From Mytilus trossulus (taxonomy: Eukaryota), in the NCBI RefSeq assembly GCF_036588685.1, contig NC_086378.1:26970001-27034000 (forward strand): a DNA stretch of 64,000 nucleotides, given 5' to 3'. Under the pieces are notes generated by a model that made no database searches, had not been told where the DNA came from, and saw only the letters and a program-made list of their open reading frames with translations. The position numbers were made by a program, and so were the translations under genes. Shown piece after piece: positions 11,850 to 23,665 of this stretch; the stretch's first letter is position 1; every line of letters begins with the position of its first letter.

Positions 11850-14683
11850 TTGTTACTTACATGTTGTGTCGGTGACCTAATCAATATATATATATATATA
11901 TATGGGGTCAGTAAATTCCATATGGGCAGTTATCGAAGCTCAAAACCCGATATGAAATTTACTGACCTAATTTATATCATATTAGTCCACGAGACACCGT
12001 GTAACAACTTTATTTTGCTGACTATTTTTGTATGAGGTATTTAGACTATCAGCCTATCATAATGGTTATGTGTTTGATACTTAGTATTAAGAACCTACCA
12101 TTTGTCTACACAAAACAAATTCCAAAAATAAGAACTTATTAATTTAAATTTGTTTTATGAATTTATTTTAATTGTTCATTACTGGTTTGAAAGGGAAGTA
12201 ACTCCTTACTAACCCCATATGGTAATTAACCATATAGGGTATCTGTCTAACTGACCACATAATTTTTAGGACACCTTTTTTCCAATATACGTAGTCACCA
12301 CGTTAGTCATATAGGCAATCATGGCATTCCCATTAGTCCATATATATACGAGGTATAAGATAAATATGTATAATAGGTTCTTGAATTTAACATCGAAGAC
12401 ATGAGCACCTTGATAGGCCGCTAGTTTATAGATACATAACATGTGGTAGTCGGTAAGATAAACTCTTTCCGATTTAATTCAATATTTTTATTTAGGTCTA
12501 ATTTCTCAATAATATATAATACAACATGATTACATTTAGTTTAAAAAAAAATATAAAGAGTTTTTCTGTACAGAATTATAAGACTATAACATTTAAAACA
12601 TTATATAAAGAGTCCATCTATTATGAAACATATATATAGAAGAACATTACTTACAGTATATAACATTTCTACGTCTATTGAGCTTGGGTTATTGCTAAAA
12701 CTAATCCGAACTTCAGAGAAGGAGCTAAATATATTGTTGACCTATGTTCCGTCATCCGAAAATAAGAGTTGCCTCTCTTATGCAATAAATGTGGAAAGTT
12801 TTCTATAACACTATTGAGTATGTCATGTGTATGTGCGATCGTCTACCAGACTTAAGAGCGAAGCTTTGGGAGGACTTAATCAGTGTTAATCCGATTGTGT
12901 TCAGTGTGTATCTAGACAATCTAACGTCATCCACATTCACAGCAACTCTTTTGTCATGTTATACGGAATATGATCTGGATAATAATAACAGTATTTATTT
13001 TTCAAAAAGTTGTATTACACATGTTCAAAGAAATGTGCAGAGTTTTCTTTATAACAGTTAACTTTTCTTCAGAAGTATTATCAGTTCCTTTAAAGTAACA
13101 TTCAACCGATTCAATCACTCTAATTAATATGCGACATTCAAATTATTCAATCACTCTAATGTTTTGATCAATATGAAAATATAATTATTGTAAAAACATT
13201 GTTTAATACATGACAAATCTTCGACAAGAAGGAAATAAAGTTAATATATATTACATGCTTTGGCACAGCTACGAATCATATTGTAATCTGTAAATAAAAA
13301 CACTAACTTTTGTTTATCATCAAACACATAAAATCACCTTTAAACATGTGGTGCTTCGTCAACTATTTTGTTCTTTTAAAATTGTCATATAAAGGACACG
13401 ATAAAATAACATGGGCTTCATCTTCTAAAATATCCATACAATTATCACAGACTCGATCTTTTAAACTTTATTTTTCAAATCTCCCCGTTTGATAGGCCGC
13501 TAGTCTATCGATAAATAACACGTGGAAGTCGGTAAGATAAACTCTTAACGATTGAATTGAATTCAATATTTTTATTTAAGTCTCATTTCGCCTTAATATA
13601 TAATACAACATGATTACATTTAGTTTAAAAAATATATAGAGCTATCCTGTACAGAATTATAAGACCATAACATTTAAAACATATATATAGAAGAACATTA
13701 CTTACAGTATATAACATTTCTACGTCTATTGAGCTTGGGTTATTGCTAAAACTAATCCTAACTTCAGAGAAGGAGCTAAATATATTGTTGACCTATGTTC
13801 CATCATCCGAAAATAAGAGTTGCCTCTCTTATGCAATAAATGTGGAAAGTTTTTCTATAACATTATTGAGTATGTCATGTGTATGTGCGATCGTCTACCA
13901 GACTTAAGAGCGAAGCTTTGGGAGGACTTAATAAGTGTTAATCCGATTGTGTTCAGTGTGTATCTAGACAATTTAACGTCGTCCACATTCACAGCAACAC
14001 TTTTTTCATGTTATACGGAATATGATCTGGATAATGATAACAGTATTTATTTTTCAAAAAGTTGTATTACGCATGTTCAACGAATGTGCAGCGGTTTTTT
14101 TTATAACAGTTAACTAACTTTTCTTCAGAAGTATTATCATTTCCTTTAAAGTGACATTCAACCGATTCAATATTCGACATTCAAATCATTCAATTACTCT
14201 AATGTCTTGATCAATATGTAAATATTATTATTGTACAAACATTGTTTAATACATGACAAATCTTCGATAAGAAGGAAATAAAGTTAATATATATTACAGG
14301 CTTTGGCACAGCTACGAATCATATTATAATCTGTAAATAAAAACACTAATTTCTGTTTATCATCAAACACATAAAGTCATCTTTAAAAGTGTGTTGCTTT
14401 ATCAAATATTTTTTTTTCGTTTAAAATTGTCATATAAAGGACACGATAAAATGATATGGGCTTCATCTTCTAAAATATCCATACAATTATCACAGACTCG
14501 ATCTTTTAAACTTTATTTTCCAAATCTCCCCGTTTCGATTCTTAGTGGTGAACTACTACGATATACATAAAATTATATATGAGTCAGTAAATTCCGTATG
14601 GGGATTCGAGCTTCGGTCTCACCCCATTTGGAATTACTGGCCCCGTATATAGTGTATTATCTCACTTACACACCATGTAACTA
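11850..14683. mobile_element. Non-autonomous palindrome-ended DNA element (Crypton-like), 2.83 kb
   Basis: Termini TTGTTAC...GTAACTA flanked by ATAAT direct repeats (11845-49, 14684-88); terminal hairpins with core GTCAGTAAATTCC (11857-12004, ~14580-14645) in inverted orientation; empty site at ~25470 in the paralogous unit. Confidence 0.75.
12410..14535 (+). repeat. Tandem duplication (2 x ~1.07 kb) containing a degraded LINE-like ORF2 C-terminus
   Basis: Units start TTGATAGGCCGCTAGT at 12410 and 13489 and end CAAATCTCCCCGTTT; translation LCNKCGKFFYNIIEYVMCMC resembles a decayed LINE CCHC zinc knuckle. Confidence 0.8.
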
Positions 14684-15320
14684 ATAATATAAGGCATCCA
14701 CGAAATAAAAGATGAAGGTATAAAATAAATGGATAAAGACTTTGTAGCATGGTGAGCACTGATATTACTAGTATTTTATAATGTTATCAAACTTTGCAAT
14801 TGACCTGTATTTAATTTTGGACGTTCGTTATGCGGAAAACAGAAATTGCGATGAGAATGGAAGTTTGTATACTATGCTAAGGAAAAGTGAATTAAACACC
14901 AAGTGCTATATCAAACAAATTATCGGCAATTCGAACAATTTTCCCTTCAACATGCTGCCTTGTATTTTTTCTATGTCATGGACAGGCCCAGAATCTCGAC
15001 AATATTGGGCAATGCTGTCAATTAACAGTACATGAACTTCGCGCATGCTTGGTCATCTGCGTTGATTTATGAATAAAAGACTTCATGCAAATAATGCCAT
15101 ACAACCATACAACCGAGTTTTGTATATTTCCCACTTTATTGCATGTTCTTCACCAAATAATAGTGTTAAGACAAAATTGCAGAGAAAAAAGATAATGACA
15201 TATTGGTTTTTGATACTGACTTTATCAACAAAATAAATATATAGAATAAAACATTACTATCATGTTCAAAGATTTTACATTACAATTTATTAAAGTCGGC
15301 ATCTAAACAAATAGTAGACA

Positions 15321-16682
15321 CTATAGTACCATATCATATTTAATATAGAACTTTTTCCAGTCTTCAACTAATTTCATTGGAGATCTGAATCCATGGGATG
15401 AAAATAAATGGTTCATTTTGTCTGGTTGATAACGTACACTAAATCTTGGTTCATGGATTAGAGTAATGTGTAACTTTTTACATGCAATACCCAGGTATAA
15501 GTCATCTATAAATATTTGCTACATAAATTTGAACTGACTCAACAGTTTATTTATTATATCAACGGTCAATACCAACGAGCCACCACCGGCGTATGGTGGC
15601 AAAATATCATCCTTAAAGTCAACTTTTGAAATAAACCATTTAGAATTAGCATTCCTATGAGGTTTGGCACCTTTCCAGACATATCCCAAGTACACACTGC
15701 GCTTTCCAGCAATAAACAATTTATGCAAATGATCCCAAATGTATTTGGTATTCACAATATAGTCATCATCTACAAAAAAGATATACTTTGCACCACTGCA
15801 ATGGGTAGCAACCCATGTAAAACCCATTATTGTTTTTAATGTACTATTGTGGTAATCGTCTAGAAAGTTCTGTTGAATAATGTCATTATATGTGTCACTT
15901 TCCATTTGTATAAATTCTTTCATCAACGGTGAATACCCAAGGAGAAAAGCCAGTTTTATTCCTTGGTTAGACGTATTTCCCCAAGTATTTCGTATAGCTA
16001 TTCGATGGGCGATATGGTTAACATCAGATTTTACCACAAATAACAAGAAAGGATCAAATTTAGCACCATTTGATTTACACACTTGAACAGGAACATGAAG
16101 GTATGGAAATGAATACTCGTAAATTTGAGTACTCTTTACAGTATTGTGTTTAACTGGAACTTTTGTTGTTTTGGTTTTAACTGGAACTTTTGTTGCTTTG
16201 GTTTTAACTGGAACTTTTGTTGTTTTGATTTTAACTGGAATTTTTACAGTATTGTATTTAACTGGAACTTTTGTTGTTTTGGTTTTAACTGGAACTTTTA
16301 CAGTATTGTATTTAACTTGAATTTTTGTAGTTATATTTTTTAACAAAAAATGTGTAGTAGTAATGTTTATAACTTGAAATTTTGTAGTTTTGTTTTTAAC
16401 TAAATCAAAAACTCTTGTAGTATTGTTTTCAACTATAAATTTTAAAGTATTGTTTTTAAAAACAACTGTTGTTTTATTGTTTTTAACTACTGAATCCGTA
16501 ATTTTTGGTGACACCATATGAGAAACGGTGAACACTCTTGTATAAGGCTCCTTGTTCTCTGATGTCACAAGTGTTGGTTGCTGACTAGAATTGGAAGAAA
16601 GGTTTGCCAGACAGCAGACGATAAAGAGTACAGTTAGTGTCTTAAACATCGTTATTGAGAGTATACGAAGTTTCTTCCACAT
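15321..16682 (-). pseudogene. GT31 copy 2, interrupted by one in-frame TAG at 15519-15521 (young pseudogene, null allele, sequence error, or readthrough gene)
   Basis: After the TAG the frame continues QIFIDDLYLGIACKKLHITLIHEPRF...SHGFRSPMKLVEDWKKFYIKYDMVL to a TAG at 15321-23, colinear with copies 3 and 4. The paralogous codon is AAG (Lys). Acceptor TTTCAG at 16749-50. Confidence 0.85.
16135..16490 (-). repeat. 27-bp (9-aa) coding tandem repeat expanding the stem of copy 2
   Basis: KVPVKTKTT/KVPVKYNTV units x~6, preceded by degenerate VVKNNxTT-type units. Confidence 0.85.
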
Positions 16683-17529
16683 TTTTCCAGCGGGTATCCA
16701 AATTTAGTACTGCTAACTATTTACGTATGAAATCATTAAGTGTGGCATCTGAAATATAAAATTGAACTATTTATTTGGGTTTTGTAAATTGTAAATGTGC
16801 TTTTGTAGTTGGGTAACACTATCGTAAATTTGTAAATTGTAAATGTGCTTTTGTAATTGGATTGTGCTATTGTAAATTGTGTATTCTTGTCTTTCATTTT
16901 TGCTAATGAGTAATTTTGTCTATATGCATGATTGTACTTCTTTATTACATATTTATTTGTTTTTATAGTTATTAAGATTATTTCACAATGTTGACTGCTT
17001 TACCCCTATTTGTTATATTGTATCCTATCATGTGTGTTTGTTTTGTTCACACATTGTTATCAATATAAGGAATTTGATGCGATTGTAATTTGTGAGAGGT
17101 TCAGCTAGCTATATAACCAGTTTTAATCCCCCATGTTCAACATAAGGAAATGCGTGTACTTAGTCAGGAATATGACAATCAATATTCATTCGTTGAGTTT
17201 CCCTCGGAGTTCAGTATTTTAGTTTTATTTACTTTCACCACTATTGTCCAAAAGGCAACTCTACACAACTGTCAGACACACGGCCGGTTAAGAAAACTAA
17301 GTTTTCACCCATCTCACCAAAATACCTCTGCCAAGTCAGGAATATGAAAGTTGTATTTCACTCGTTCTGTTTGTTAGATTTTTTCACATTTAGAATTTAC
17401 CCTAATTATGCTTCTGTTCGTTTTTCTTAAGTTATTTTTCTATCATTAACAAGAATCTTGGTCTAATATCAAAGTCACACTTACTTTAGAAAGATTGATA
17501 TACGTAAATATATCAAATATAAACTGACT

Positions 17530-17752
17530 GTTTCTGTATTGAACCGTTATAGAATCGGGATTAGCTGTATTGGACCCGTTATAGATTCGAGAATAGCTGT
17601 ATTGGATACGTTATAGATTCGAGATTAGCGGTTTGGACCCGTTATAGATTCAATATTAGCTGTATTGGACCCGTTATAGATTTGATAATAGCTATATTGA
17701 CCCGTTATAGATTCAAGATTAGCTGTATTGGACCCGTTATAGATTCGAGATT
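17530..17752. repeat. ~32-bp minisatellite, ~7 copies
   Basis: Unit TTAGCTGTATTGGACCCGTTATAGATTCGAGA. Confidence 0.93.
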
Positions 17753-19228
17753 TTATGGCAGTGTTAAATATAACACTGGAGCTTTTTATATTTCAGAAGG
17801 TAAAAGACCTTGTTTAAAAATGCATTGTATTGCATAGTTTCTGTTTTCCGTAGTTGGACCATTGTTCTTGACCTTCTGTTACTGTCAGACATGGTTTAAC
17901 TGACCTCAACCTAATTTCATGAATTAGTAATTAAGGTTGAGTTTGCCATTTGATTAGCGACTTTCCCCCTTTTGAATTTTCCGTGGAGTTAAGTATTTTT
18001 GTGAGTTTACTTTTTATAGTTGTATAGTAAGTTCCGTTTCTCAGATACTGTAAAAAAATATATCAACTATATTTTATGAATCGTATGATTGTAAGGTTTA
18101 ATTGAAAGTCTGGATAGTTTCATCTGATATTGACACTATTTAATACAGTTCATCAGTAAATGTTACGTTTTTGTGTTTTCGGTCTTGGGATTGGTTTTGG
18201 AAGGCGGCTTACTTATGTAGTAAGTTTTCGGTCTGCTTTATAAATAATAAGTGAACTATATTTGGTGATGGATAGCTTGGTAGATGTAAACATCTGTCTG
18301 ACAGGTATATTTTGTCCGTGACCCTATTTTCATAATGTATTATTAAAAATCAAATTTCAGTAGTTAGAACGTCTTTAAAGACGTTTCAAGCACTATGTCA
18401 ACTATATTTGGTGGTGTTTACAGTGTGTACATGTCTGTTTGCAAGGGTATATCTCACTTTAACTTCATGATTGTCGTGGTTCATTGATTATTGTTATGTT
18501 TCCCTGTTTCTTGGATACTATAAGCAAAACCTTAAATTATATTTGATGCATGCAATCAGGTGTTCAAGTCTGTCTGCTTATGTTCATCTAACCATGACCT
18601 ACACCATATGTTACGGTAACAGAAGTATATGGAATGCCATTGGTGAGGACTGTTCGTATTCTTGCATCGTGTATTCATAGACATTGCTTTTCACAGTTCT
18701 TAAATTATTTCTATATCATTGTCATTTTTGAACTTTTAAGCTATTATTTTTTTGGAATTTTTAACTTACTTTTATTTATTGATTATTTAGGAATTTTGTT
18801 TAGCGAATATTTTATGAAGTTTTAACTTATTTTTATTGGTACGGATTCAATATCTCCTTAATTTTATCATGACCATTTTGTATAAATTATATTATATTGT
18901 TTCATCAATGCAAATTTTGTCTGTTTTAAACATGGCCTGTCATATTTTATTGTTAATACTAATATATGTGAATGGATATATATTACAAAGTGCTTAGGGT
19001 AATTTTAATATTACATAATGCTCTGTTATAAATACTGTATAATAATAATAATATTCAATAGAGGTTTAGCTTATAAATGGGGCTTTGATGTAAAACTATG
19101 TCGAAATCGGAAGCAATGTCCATTATGATAAAGTCAGTGTATGTGTAACTATTAATGATGTGTGACAGTTTTTGAATAAATCTTTTAGTTGTACAAGACC
19201 ATGATTTTGTAATTCATGCGCCGAAAAA

Positions 19229-19350
19229 GGTGTATTATATGGTATTTGCCCTATATGATACATCATGTGTATTATATGGTATTTGCCCTATATGATACAT
19301 CATGTGTATTATATGGTATTTGCCCTATATGATACATCATGTGTATTATA
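19229..19350. repeat. 37-bp tandem repeat, ~3.3 copies
   Basis: GTGTATTATATGGTATTTGCCCTATATGATACATCAT, perfect copies. Confidence 0.95.
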
Positions 19351-21321
19351 ATGATATGCACCACATGCACTTACAACATATACATGTTAGGGATAGAGGC
19401 CTGTTAATTACGCGTTTATATTTTAACCCTTCTTGATAGATATATTTGCAATCAGCAGTTGTTTCTTAAGTGGCAAAATGGCATCTTTTTTTCAAAGGTG
19501 TAACACCAGAGTAATTAGATCTTGAACTTTCATACAACTGATTGGTAAACTAAGAACCACAGATCATTGTGTTCAAAATATGTTCGATATCCTATGGTCA
19601 TTCTGGAAACAAGTCTCGGTTATTGTATAGAAAGGTATATACTATGAAAATTAGAGCGCGGGGCTTTGCTCCAAGCTCTTATTTTCATAGTATATACCTT
19701 TCTATACAATATCCAATTTAGCACATATTTACAACTTGAGTAATCCTGTAATTAGTCTATTGATATGTTTTGGCTGACTGGATGTAGCTCATGTACAAAG
19801 TTTTGTAAATCTACTCACTATAATATCATTGTAAAAATGGGATTTCAAAAGGCGCTTGACTTTAGAATGTAAAGAAGGTAGCTGCTGTAAGTATGGTTAT
19901 TGGTTATAAAGCGTTGTTTTACTATACATGTACTTATTTACATGGAAAGATGACAAAATGAATTGACCAAGAGCAGACAATTCTAAAATTGCAGTGACAG
20001 CTTTACATTCTTGAAAACATTTCTTAATTTCACATAAAACCTAAAACTATCTTGAAAATGCGTTTGAATGAGTACAAACAGTTGGACCCCCCTTCCACAT
20101 CTTTGGATGAAACACCTTTTAAAAATGGCTGGATCTACCCCTGGTATGTACCCATAGGTAGTCTAGTGAATAGTTTATATGCATGAAATATTTGTCACTA
20201 GACATTAGGCAACCAATTATCGACCAATTTATGACTAAATATATCAAATTGCTTTATTAATAATTTCCATTCAAAAGATTCACGGTTGACTCTTTTTGTG
20301 TACAAATTAATTGCATGGAAGATAAAGGATTACAAATTTTAGATTGAGTTGTACTTTAATCAAGGTATAAAGCACCATAATTATTACTCTTTATTTTAAT
20401 GAAAGAAACTTTTTTAATTGTCAAAACAAAATTTAGATAAAAAAAAAATGATTAATAGGATGTTAAAAATCTGTTTGAAAACTAATTACAAACTATTTAG
20501 TTAATTTGGAACACAGAATTTAATATTTCAAAATAGCCAGTAGCAATTTTTGTTCTAATATCTTGATTACAATACAATGAAATCTTACCCTTGTGTTCAT
20601 TCATGCGTAGTTACTTAGTACACGGACAAAGTATGTACTATGAAAATTAGAAGGCAAATTCAAGCAATTTGATTGGACGAGAAGTTGTAAGTATGTGCTA
20701 ATTATTTAATCATTATCGTTAGAACATACTCACCTCTCCTCGTCCAATCAAAAGTGTCGATTTGAGACACTAATTTTCATAGTACATGGTCAAACCATGT
20801 TCTATATTTCGTCACGCACAATTAACTTTGTATTGTACACAAGTATCTGCTAAATGTGAATACTTTTTAAGGATCAATAGGTAATTACAAACAAGCAGGT
20901 CAAATTCTGGTTCTACTTTAAAAAAAGTATGTCCATGCAATTATTTCACCCTTAAGCCATTCAAACAATTAAAATTTACCAACAGAAACAATAATTATTT
21001 CTCTATATACGCTTCCATTTTTCATTTAAATGGATACAAGTACTTTTCATTTACAACCTGAAATCATTTATTTCATTAAAATTTTAATTTGACACTCTAT
21101 GAAAATTTGAATTTTTCACCGAAAAGATTAGTGGAGATGCTTGAAATCATAAGAAATTGAAGGAATCTTCAATGAGTAAATCTATAAGTTTTAAATATAC
21201 AATCATAATAATAGTATAACTTCAATCATCTATTTATTGAGGATTTCCAATAAAGAACATGAGTCTCACAAACACATAGTTTTAAAAGATTAAAGGTAAC
21301 AATTTGAAAGTTAATTGTATT

Positions 21322-23206
21322 TTACATGTCAAATGACATAACCTTGCCATCGAAAGAGACAACTTTCAAACGCTTTACGCTCTTGGGTACATGAATGATC
21401 AATTCGTTTTCATCATTGTTGGACTGCACTTTTTGGTCCGTCGGGCGCGAACAAGATACATTGCTAATTGTCGGTATATTTTCCTTGTCATCAGATACAG
21501 TTGGGCGAGGGGGTTGTAATGCGTTACTTATATTTCTGCTCATTTCTGTGCTCTGTCTTTTGTATGTCTCTACTGCGTTACTACGATGACCACTGCGTGA
21601 TTTTACGGCCGAATCATCAAAACCACTATTGTATAGGGTTGTCACACACGAAACCTTTCCTGAATGGTTTGAAATATTGCGGTTTGAACAGTCTATTCCT
21701 GCTTTATCAAACATAAGTTTAATGTATGTAGACAGTTTATTGACGCCAATGACTTGGGCAGAAAATTTAGTTCCCTCGTTTTTCAAACTCATTTTCCCGA
21801 TTGGCCTTCTGTAAAATGGCCCTTCACTCGGAACATATTTCAAATATGTGCTAAACAGTTTAACAATGTCTCTTGGGTTTGAAGTATCTTCCCAGTGGGT
21901 TATTTGCTTTGGTTCAATTTTGCGGTGGTTGATTCCCCCTTGCACATTTTTGGATACCCTCCCGAAAAATTTCAAACAGCGTTTGTTTTGCGTATAATCA
22001 ATAAGAATTTTGTACTGTGAGACATCTAAATCTCTGTGCTCATCCATTCCTCGGAAACCGAACAGTTTACAATTGTAATAAAACACTGCAAAACTTAGAC
22101 CCTCAGATGTCGTCATGCTAAAAATTCCTTTCTCCCATAAGATCTTTTCATCATCAATAGATACGGGGTCTGCCCTCTTCTTATGAATTCCTACCAAAAA
22201 TTAAAAAAAAGATATCAGAAAAATAAAGAAAACTTGATTTGAAATCCTTTTGTGAAAAGGGGGGTGTATTAAGGTTTCCCCAAATACCAATGGGATATCA
22301 AACAAATACAGTTTTGAAAATTTTAAGAAAAATAGAAATCATCATTAAATATATAAATTCGGCAAACATCAAGTGTACATTGTTACTTAGATAAAGAGTT
22401 GTCTCATTGTCCCTCAAACCACATCTTCTCATACCTATAAGAGTAAATGTTTTTGAAAAACTATAATTACGATATATGAATAAAACAAGCATGCACTCTC
22501 AACAAGATAGTATGTCACTGCTTTTTCTCTCAATTTTGTTTTAAAAATTGGATCGCATCTTGAATGTGCTTGTAATACTTCTCACTGGAAGTTTGGCGAC
22601 ATTATTGATTTTTGATGTCATAGCGTAGAATTTGTCTTTATCTTTTTCATTTATAATACATTTTTTTTAAATTGACTTACCAATACCATCATGTGTTAAT
22701 TCTTTCATTCTTGCATCTAATGCCTTCTGAAACGTCGAAAACGTGGAGGTATTTTTTGGCAAAAAAAATATTTCAGGACGACCATTCTCTCTTAGGTAAC
22801 GCTGTAGTCCATTTGTCAAGTTCATGAGTGTATTAGGTGGATATGGCGACCCATCCTCGCGCCTGCATTCCATTATAAACCTAGACATCCAAAAGTCAAT
22901 CTGCGGTAAATCTGCAGATTGTATCTCAACCGGAACACATGTATAGTGTTCAGTAGCAGTTATAGGATTACAGTTTCTATTTTCAGCCCATGTTTGCCAA
23001 ACATTTACACTCCAGTTTGTAGAACTTTTAGTTTTTGCTGGTATTCTGTCACTTATGCGCTTTTCAAACTCTGTGGTTGAAACTGGATTTGAAAATCTAT
23101 TGTTATTGTCACTAAAAACCAACTGTTGAGTTTGAATTAAATCCAAATCTTCTAGTTCCCATTCGGTATCGTGTTTTGAAATTATTTGAAAATCAGGCAA
23201 ATCCAT
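21322..23206 (-). CDS. Crypton tyrosine recombinase (DUF3504/ZMYM-QRICH1-like), 2 exons: 23206..22681 and 22190..21322, ~464 aa
   Basis: GT-AG intron 22191..22680 (ATTG|GTAAGT ... TTTTGGTAG|GA) joins DGI-G-IHKKRADP in frame. Motifs: RREDGSPYPPNTL, LQRYLRE, FGFRGMDEH (Arg), SKNVQGG (Lys), NHSGK, SGHRS, VETY (Tyr). An in-frame GTG at 23224 is an alternative start. Confidence 0.9.
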
Positions 23207-23384
23207 ACTTTCTAACTCAGCCACTTTTACTTGTTTACAACTCGCATATCAAACTGTGTTTAAACACACAAACATTTTTGTGATTACAACTAACCACCAT
23301 TTTTGTTCTCTTTATTTTACTAGAATTGTTTAGTTGGATTATATAAATATTGTTCACTCAATTCTTGACCATAGCTATAACATA

Positions 23385-23665
23385 ATGCTTTTGATAAATC
23401 ATTAAGATGATTGCAAAGAAAGGCTAGCTTGATTACGATGATTGATTTTAATCATTGCTTGATTACTATGATTGTTTTTAATCATTTAGATGATTGCAAA
23501 GAAAGGATAGCTTGATAACAATGATTGATTTTAATCATTTAAATCATAGCTTGATTACTATGATTGTTTTAAATCATTTGAATGACTATAGTTTGATTAA
23601 AATGATTGATTTTAATCATTTCAATACTTTGTAATGTACTATAATTATTTTTAGTTATTTGATTG
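23385..23665. repeat. Degenerate ~30-bp repeats upstream of the Crypton ORF
   Basis: Repeated AGCTTGATTACTATGATTGATTTTAATCATT and GATGATTGCAAAGAAAGG units. Confidence 0.75.

Noticed and set aside
12789-14113. Two duplicated ~90-aa ORFs as a host gene pair
   Set aside because: Non-ATG starts, a frameshift between the copies, and location inside a mobile element; best read as LINE debris.
21322-23224. Two separate genes (185 aa and 291 aa)
   Set aside because: A canonical GT-AG intron joins them in frame into one recombinase.
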